41,131 nucleotides of DNA from Candidatus Iainarchaeum sp. (lineage in GTDB: Archaea; Iainarchaeota; Iainarchaeia; Iainarchaeales; DTGL01), in NCBI GenBank assembly GCA_038886995.1, contig JAWALG010000006.1, forward strand, positions 1-41,131, written 5' to 3'. The position numbers were made by a program, and so were the translations under genes. Within the stretch, counting starts at the first letter, position 1. The number at the start of each line of letters is the position of its first letter. The notes under the pieces are model-generated. The model had not been told where the DNA came from. It searched no databases and was given only the letters and a program-made list of their open reading frames with translations. Positions 35,308 through 41,131 of this stretch are shown piece by piece.

Positions 35308-36225
35308 CTATTCCCACTCAAGCTTTTTTCTGTGCTTTGGCTTTTTCCTTAGCACAGCAAGCACAAGCAACAAAATTATAAACAAAATCCCAACAGTCAG
35401 CAAAAGATGGAGATTTTCATAGGAAAAAAGTGCTATTAATGGGGCAAATGGGCTCTTTTCTTTTGCTTCCACATAGACCCGTTCCCTGAATGAAAATTCT
35501 GCCAGTGCAAAAACAAGGTCAAAACTAAAATTTTCATCTTTACTGTCAGAGTAAATCCAAACCCTGAAGCTCTTTTCTTCGAAAGGCGCCAATTCAACAG
35601 AATGGGTGCTGCTTCTATAACCATCTGGAACATCAGCGAACAGAGTTCCAACAACGTTAAGCTCAGAAGCGTTTCTAAGGCTAACATCAACATATGTTGT
35701 ATTTTTTTGTTTGCCAATAGAATAATAGAGCTCGAGATTCGGCAAAACCAATGCTGGCCCAGGTTCTATTTTTTCAGGCTCTGAGTCCACTAAAGGTGTA
35801 TCTTTTTGTGCCGTTAAGTTTGCCTGAGGCAAGCCCAATATTTTTATCTCTTTAGTTCTGCTTCCACAACACCCCAAATCAGCGTTTAACACAATTTTTG
35901 CATTGTTTGAAGTAACTCTAACAAATAGTTTTTTATCCACTGCTGTTTGCGCAGGCACAAAGTAAAAGATAGTGTCAATGTCAGCACCTTCAGCCCTTAT
36001 GGTTATCCTCGCGTCTTCATGGCTGAAGTTTTGTATCTTAAGATTCAAAAAGCCACAACCATTTATTTCTGTGCTTTCTTCAGTTTCAATATAAAAGTTG
36101 CAACTTTGCACCACGGGCTTAATTGTTGTGGTGCAACAGCAACTCGATGAAAAAACAGGTCGGACCAAGGCAGTTATGGAGAACACAATTAATAAAGCAA
36201 TGCCTTTGGCTTTACTTGGCAGCAT
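35308..36225 (-). CDS. Secreted, C-terminally anchored surface protein (beta-rich, Ig-like domains likely)
   Basis: N-terminal signal peptide, two beta-rich regions separated by a Pro/Glu linker, and a C-terminal TM helix followed by RKKPKHRKK. Confidence 0.75.
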   Translation of the reverse strand: MLPSKAKGIALLIVFSITALVRPVFSSSCCCTTTIKPVVQSCNFYIETEESTEINGCGFLNLKIQNFSHEDARITIRAEGADIDTIFYFVPAQTAVDKKLFVRVTSNNAKIVLNADLGCCGSRTKEIKILGLPQANLTAQKDTPLVDSEPEKIEPGPALVLPNLELYYSIGKQKNTTYVDVSLRNASELNVVGTLFADVPDGYRSSTHSVELAPFEEKSFRVWIYSDSKDENFSFDLVFALAEFSFRERVYVEAKEKSPFAPLIALFSYENLHLLLTVGILFIILLLVLAVLRKKPKHRKKLEWE

Positions 36226-36291
36226 ATGTAAATATTAATGCGAACCTTATTTAAGTTTTTCCTCTTTATCGTTAAAAAGTAAAAAAATGAT

Positions 36292-37734
36292 TCATCCCTT
36301 TACTGATATAAGCGGTCTTAGCTGCGCGACCTTCCTGCTTATTCCCGCATTATGCATAATATTAACAACTGAGTCAATGTCTTTGTAAGCTTGTGGTGCT
36401 TCTTCTGCTGCACCCTCCATTGAGTGTGCCTTAAGTATGATGCCTTTTTGCCTCAAATCTGCTATTATCTTTGTGCCTTTGAAGCTCTTTATTGCAGCAG
36501 TCCTACTCATCTTTCGCCCAGCGCCATGCACTGAGGAACCAAAACATTCTAGCATTCCTCTCTCAGTGCCAGCCAATATGTAACTTGCGGTGCCCATTGT
36601 GCCGCCAACTAATATTGGTTGTCCTGCTTTTTTGTATTCCTTTGGCAGTTCTTCGTGATCAGGGCCGAAACCTCTTGTTGAACCTTTTCTTTGTACAAGA
36701 AGCTCGACTGCAGAGCCATCAACCTTGTGCTTTTCAATCTTTGCAGTGTTATGTCCAACATCATAAAGCACAGTTACCTCTTTTTCGCTCAGCCCAAATT
36801 TTTTTGCAACTATGCACCTTGCTAAATGCCCAAGAACCTGTCTGTTAGCGAAGGCACAATTTATGCCAGCATTTACAGCCCCAAGGTAATTTCTTCCTTC
36901 CTCGCTTTGTATTGGTGCATTTACAAGCTCTTTATCTAAGAGCTTTATGTTGTATTTTTCTGTAGCTTTCTTCAATATGTTTATATAGTCCATTCCTATT
37001 TGGTGCCCCAAAGCTCTACTACCGCTATGTATGCTTATAAGAATCTGATTTTGGAAAATCCCAAAATCTTTGGCTGTTTCCGTATCAAAGATTTTGCTTA
37101 CATATTGCACCTCTATATAGTGATTTCCTGATCCAAGTGTTCCAATTTCCATATGCTGCCTTTGTTTGGCTCTAAGCGAAACAGCGTCAGGCAATGCATT
37201 TTTTGCCGAACCTTTCATTTCAATGTATTCCAAGTCCTCTTTAAAGCCATAGCCCTTCTCAACAACATACTGAGCGCCTTTTTCAAGTATTTCATCTATT
37301 TCGCCACTAGAAAATTTTATAGTGCCTTTAGAACCCAGCCCAGCAGGTATTCCTGCAAAGAGCGCTTCTGCCAAAGATTCCTTCTTTTTTTCAATATCTT
37401 CCAAAGAAAGTGGCGTCTTTAATGTCCTAACGCCACAATTTATATCAAACCCAACTAAGCCAAATGCTATAACGCCTTCACTTAGGTCCATTGCTGCTAC
37501 ACTGCCTATTGGTGCTCCATAACCCGGGTGACAGTCAGCAAGTGCAATTGCGTGCTTTTTAATTCCTGGTAGGCATGCAACATTCTTTAGCTGTCTTATC
37601 GTACTTTCTTGGCTTTTTTCCTCTTCGATTAGCTCTTTAATCATATCTTCTGATGCATAAATTCTAGCATTTACCCGCATCTGGCCTTCTTTCTCAACCT
37701 CCCAAACATTCTCACCTACTTTCTTAAGAGCCAA
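36292..37734 (-). CDS. rtcB: tRNA-splicing ligase RtcB
   Basis: D.H.GYG.PIG, GFDINCG.R, GTLGSGNHY.E, HSGSR, YDV.HN.AK.E, RKG.TR, HGAGR.MSR and EEAP.AYK. TTG start. Confidence 0.97.
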   Translation of the reverse strand: MALKKVGENVWEVEKEGQMRVNARIYASEDMIKELIEEEKSQESTIRQLKNVACLPGIKKHAIALADCHPGYGAPIGSVAAMDLSEGVIAFGLVGFDINCGVRTLKTPLSLEDIEKKKESLAEALFAGIPAGLGSKGTIKFSSGEIDEILEKGAQYVVEKGYGFKEDLEYIEMKGSAKNALPDAVSLRAKQRQHMEIGTLGSGNHYIEVQYVSKIFDTETAKDFGIFQNQILISIHSGSRALGHQIGMDYINILKKATEKYNIKLLDKELVNAPIQSEEGRNYLGAVNAGINCAFANRQVLGHLARCIVAKKFGLSEKEVTVLYDVGHNTAKIEKHKVDGSAVELLVQRKGSTRGFGPDHEELPKEYKKAGQPILVGGTMGTASYILAGTERGMLECFGSSVHGAGRKMSRTAAIKSFKGTKIIADLRQKGIILKAHSMEGAAEEAPQAYKDIDSVVNIMHNAGISRKVAQLRPLISVKG

Positions 37735-37757
37735 GGAACCACCTCTAAGTCAATAAC

Positions 37758-39578
37758 TTATTTTTTACCTTTTCTTGCTATTGCTAAAACGATAAAAGAG
37801 ACCAGTATTACAATGCCTGGTGTTATTTCAGGAGCGCTACTACTTCTTGCAACTTCCATTTCAACAACATTAAATGATGTTCTCTTTGTGCACTCCGCTT
37901 CAGTGCAATTCTTTAAGCTCGCAATTACTTCATACTCTCCTTTTTCTTGCAATGGGCCATAGCTTGTGTGTGTGCCGCATATAACATTCTGTATTGTTGT
38001 TGCATACTGCCCCCTCTTGACTATAATGTCTGCTGTTTGAGCCCCAGTGCAGTCGACAAATATTGTTGTGCTTTCACCCATGATGACATTTTCAGCCCCA
38101 AGAGCAGTTATACCCCTAAATGAATATACATTTATAGTTTGGCTGGATTCGCTATAAGCGCCATATTCGTCAATTGCTTTTAGCTTTACAGTGTAGGTGC
38201 CAATTTCATTATACCTGTATAAAGCGTTTTTACCTTCTTTCTTTATCCCATTTCCAAGGTCCCATTCGTATGTTGTAAAATGGCCATCTTGTTCTGATTC
38301 TTCAACAGAAAATTCAACCGTTAGAGGGGCTTTTCCTTCACTTGGCTCAACTTTGAAATTGGCTTTTGGTGGATTGTTTTTTACAGTAACGCTTTTTACT
38401 TGCATTGATGACATGACTGTTGAACCAAGCCCAGAATCCTTAACCGTTAGCTTCACATTAAAAATTGCCTCGTCATTTATTGGCTTTTTTGTATATTTGT
38501 GAGTTATTTTTTTTCCAGTAGCAATGCTTCCATCACCGAAGTCCCATTCGTATTTTGAAACAAAGTCACCTAAACCAATATCAGCGTCACTAGAGCAACT
38601 AGCATCAAAGGTGAATTCTGTAATGCCCACAATGCCTTCTTCAGGAGTTATTTCAAAGCAGGCAGTTGGGGGCCAATTACTTGAAACGACATTCAGCATA
38701 ATTTCTGTCGAATCTACAGCCCCGGCTGTGTCAGAAACCGTAAGCTTTACAACATAGGAACCTTCCTTTGTGAAAGATTTAGTTACAGTAGTACCAGTTG
38801 CTGAACCATAGTTACCAAAATCCCATTTGCATATAATATCAGTAGCTTCCGGATCATGACTTTCACTACAATCAAAAATAACGCTTTGACCTACAGATAT
38901 CTCAACATTTCTACCACTTCCAAAAGGAATTGTTTTTATCACTGCTTTAGGGTTACAGTTTCCTATTCCTTCTATTTCAGAACAACCATATGGGCAATCA
39001 AAACTCTCGCATCTTTTATTGTTTATCTTCGAAGTGCATTTGCCAGCGTTGCAATAGCCCTCTACTTTCGTTCCATACCTGACCTTTTGAGTTTTGGCTT
39101 TCCCCTGGGTAACGCACTTCCATTCTCTGCATTCAGTTGGCTTGCTCAAAACATTGCAATCTTCCTTTTCATTTAGCCAGCCATTGCAGCTATCATAAAT
39201 CCAAACATCTGACTTCTCAGTGCAATTATTGCCCTCGCAAACGATTCTGTTATAGCACTTTGGCTCTTGTTCACAAGCGCTAAAAACAAATGGTTCGGCG
39301 CTTATTGTCCCTGCATTACACCTGCAAAATGTCGGCTTATAACATGCAATGCAGTTGTCCTTAGGGGTACAAAGCGCATCGCAAGCACCTTGCTCGACGC
39401 TAATGCAATAGTTTGCAACTTCACATTCACAGAAATCTTTACACAATGCGTTACAGGCAAGTTCTGCCTTTGATTTAGCAGCAATTGCATCTTCAAAGCA
39501 AACTTGCATCTGGGCGGCTAAAGCACTAAATGAAAATAGAAATAAAAGCACGATAATCTTCTTTAAGGATTTCATCAT
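37758..39578 (-). CDS. Surface protein: signal peptide, Cys-rich domain, 3 PKD domains, C-terminal anchor
   Basis: Three WD(F/L)G(N/D) PKD repeats with Y.V.L.V.D strands, 26 Cys in about aa 27-208, and a PEI + TM + RKGKK C-terminus. Confidence 0.9.
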   Translation of the reverse strand: MMKSLKKIIVLLFLFSFSALAAQMQVCFEDAIAAKSKAELACNALCKDFCECEVANYCISVEQGACDALCTPKDNCIACYKPTFCRCNAGTISAEPFVFSACEQEPKCYNRIVCEGNNCTEKSDVWIYDSCNGWLNEKEDCNVLSKPTECREWKCVTQGKAKTQKVRYGTKVEGYCNAGKCTSKINNKRCESFDCPYGCSEIEGIGNCNPKAVIKTIPFGSGRNVEISVGQSVIFDCSESHDPEATDIICKWDFGNYGSATGTTVTKSFTKEGSYVVKLTVSDTAGAVDSTEIMLNVVSSNWPPTACFEITPEEGIVGITEFTFDASCSSDADIGLGDFVSKYEWDFGDGSIATGKKITHKYTKKPINDEAIFNVKLTVKDSGLGSTVMSSMQVKSVTVKNNPPKANFKVEPSEGKAPLTVEFSVEESEQDGHFTTYEWDLGNGIKKEGKNALYRYNEIGTYTVKLKAIDEYGAYSESSQTINVYSFRGITALGAENVIMGESTTIFVDCTGAQTADIIVKRGQYATTIQNVICGTHTSYGPLQEKGEYEVIASLKNCTEAECTKRTSFNVVEMEVARSSSAPEITPGIVILVSFIVLAIARKGKK

Positions 39579-39682
39579 CGCCCCTTCATTGTTCTTTACT
39601 TGTTAATTTACTTATTATTTGCCAATAAAAACAATATATGTTGTTATTTTAATAATTATGCTAATAATATTTTTTTGATTTT

Positions 39683-40153
39683 ATGCAGTTGCCAATTAAG
39701 ATAATTAAGCTTGCTGTGTTGGGCATTGCCGCATTTCTTTTAACACTTCTTGTTCTTCTGAACTTTTTGTCATCTTCACAGCAACAGGAACAGACAAAGC
39801 AAATAGCTTCAACCGAGAAGGTTGATGTTTTTGATGTGTCTATCGTGATAGAGAACGGCGGTTTCTCACAAAGCAAGTTAGATTTGGCAAAGAACAGCCT
39901 TTCAAGGATTGCAATTTTCAACAAGGATTTTAATAAGACACATCAGATAGTACTGATATCACCTTATGCTGATGGCAGCAATTCACTAATTGAAAGACGT
40001 TCTTTAAGGCCTGGCAGCGTTGAAAAGTTCATGATTCTAAACAAGCCAACATCAAGTGTAAAACCGCAAACAAAAAAACCACTTGATATGTTCCTAATTT
40101 CATGCCTTACTTGTGCTAAGAACACAACACTAACGATAACTTCATTAAAATAG
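39683..40153 (+). CDS. N-terminally anchored protein, possible cupredoxin-like fold
   Basis: TM/signal anchor, then I.I..GGF....L......I...N.D...H...., L.PG and C-terminal SCLTC, resembling the cupredoxin strand pattern. Confidence 0.55.
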   Translation: MQLPIKIIKLAVLGIAAFLLTLLVLLNFLSSSQQQEQTKQIASTEKVDVFDVSIVIENGGFSQSKLDLAKNSLSRIAIFNKDFNKTHQIVLISPYADGSNSLIERRSLRPGSVEKFMILNKPTSSVKPQTKKPLDMFLISCLTCAKNTTLTITSLK

Positions 40154-40229
40154 CTATATAATAGAAAACAACCAAACCACTATCAATCCAAAGCAGAAAG
40201 CCTTTTAACCTTCTTTGAACTTTCTCTGC

Positions 40230-41131
40230 TCATCTTTTGCCGGAAGTCCTCACTTCTAATTTCGTTATTAAAAGTGCAACTAGTGAAACTGCAACAACTG
40301 CAAATATATTCATCTCAAAAGTTTCTACTTCGACTTCCTCATAAACATTGAAAGAAGTAGTCTTGCTACATTCTATTCCTTCACAATCCGGTATAACGAC
40401 CTTTGCCATGTATGTACCACTAATCGTAAAGTTATTTCCAAGCAATATTGTAGTCTCGCCATTTAAACTGCAAGGCACACCCCCAATAATGCCCCTTTCA
40501 TTTCCATCAGGGTATACAATAATAAAATCTACGTTTTGGTTCACACCTTCAGTGCAGTATACAGTTGCAATTGTATCTTCCCCGACTTTGGTGTTTCTAA
40601 CAGTTAAATTAGTTGCTGCTTTTACCATGTAAACGAATATGTCAAGATTGTAACTGCTTTCTGCACCAAATTCATCTCTTACAGTAAGTCTTGGGATATA
40701 GCTACCAGCATTATAGTAGGTGTGTATGCTTTCACAGCCGCTTGCTGAAGTGTCATCACCAAAGTTCCACTCACATTCAACATCATGTCCATCATCATCA
40801 TTTGCAGTCGCCTTAAATATTACTGTCAATGGCTTTACTCCTTGCAGGGGTACTGCACTGAATGTTGCTTTCGGTGGACTGTTCTTTACATTTACATCCC
40901 TGCTTGTCTGCGAAACATTTCCGCTATTGTCCCTCACTGTTAGTGTAACTGTAAATGTTTGACTCCCAGCAACGCTGCTGTAATATGTATAAAATACCCT
41001 TTTATGTGTTGCTTCCCCCCCAGCAGTAGTGTTACCATCTCCAAAAGCCCAATTATAATCAACTATTGTGCCATCAGGGTCATATGAAGCAGATGCATTC
41101 ATCTCAAATGAGGTTTTGCCAACAATACCTT
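40230..41131 (-). CDS. PKD-domain surface protein (5'-partial), paralog of 37758-39578
   Basis: Frame is open to the window edge (GIVGKTSFEMNASAS.DPDG). Two PKD repeats (WAFGDG, WNFGD), the shared 4-Cys C-terminal domain and a TM anchor. Confidence 0.9.
   Translation of the reverse strand, partial: GIVGKTSFEMNASASYDPDGTIVDYNWAFGDGNTTAGGEATHKRVFYTYYSSVAGSQTFTVTLTVRDNSGNVSQTSRDVNVKNSPPKATFSAVPLQGVKPLTVIFKATANDDDGHDVECEWNFGDDTSASGCESIHTYYNAGSYIPRLTVRDEFGAESSYNLDIFVYMVKAATNLTVRNTKVGEDTIATVYCTEGVNQNVDFIIVYPDGNERGIIGGVPCSLNGETTILLGNNFTISGTYMAKVVIPDCEGIECSKTTSFNVYEEVEVETFEMNIFAVVAVSLVALLITKLEVRTSGKR

Noticed and set aside
36680-36700. RtcB VQRKGST in place of VHRKGAT as a sign of inactivation
   Set aside because: The metal ligands (DINC, NH, HSG, HN) and the guanylylated His (HGAGR) are intact.
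37758-41131. Repeats as a CRISPR array, DGR or mobile element
   Set aside because: Similarity is only protein-level PKD paralogy. No identical spaced DNA repeats, adenine-specific variant pairs, reverse transcriptase, transposase or integrase were seen.

Overview
Archaeal chromosomal window, low GC, with AGGTG/GGAGG-type Shine-Dalgarno sites and TTTA(A/T)A TATA boxes. Its streamlined gene content suggests a DPANN-type lineage (inference only). About 31 kb (4192-35144, all minus strand) is a co-directional information-processing supercluster: the S10/spc block (rpl3 to secY), DUF106-L34e-cmk-like-L14e, the alpha block (S13-S4-S11-rpoD), an intron-containing tRNA-Leu(UAA), L18e-L13-S9-rpoN-S2-MEMO1, a TrmB regulator, gltX, L7Ae-S28e-L24e-ndk-dut-aIF5B-S6e-aIF2gamma-PIN-rpoE-spt4-S24e-S27ae-kae1. 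The left end (plus strand) has bud32, rps15, an unannotated 46-codon ORF in the usual pcc1 position, rps3ae, then a DUF92-carS-archaeosortase cluster. The right end has rtcB and surface-protein genes, including two paralogous PKD proteins with an aligned C-terminal anchor. Best leads: (1) a possible lipid-activation/protein-anchoring module with candidate substrates in the same window; (2) a K-turn covering the rpl7ae ribosome-binding site, plus two more candidate ribosomal-leader RNAs (rps15, rpl3); (3) an apparently inactive cytidylate kinase kept in the ribosomal operon; (4) a possible miniature Pcc1. No CRISPR arrays, rRNA genes or mobile elements were seen. All calls come from motif recognition by eye; no searches were run.
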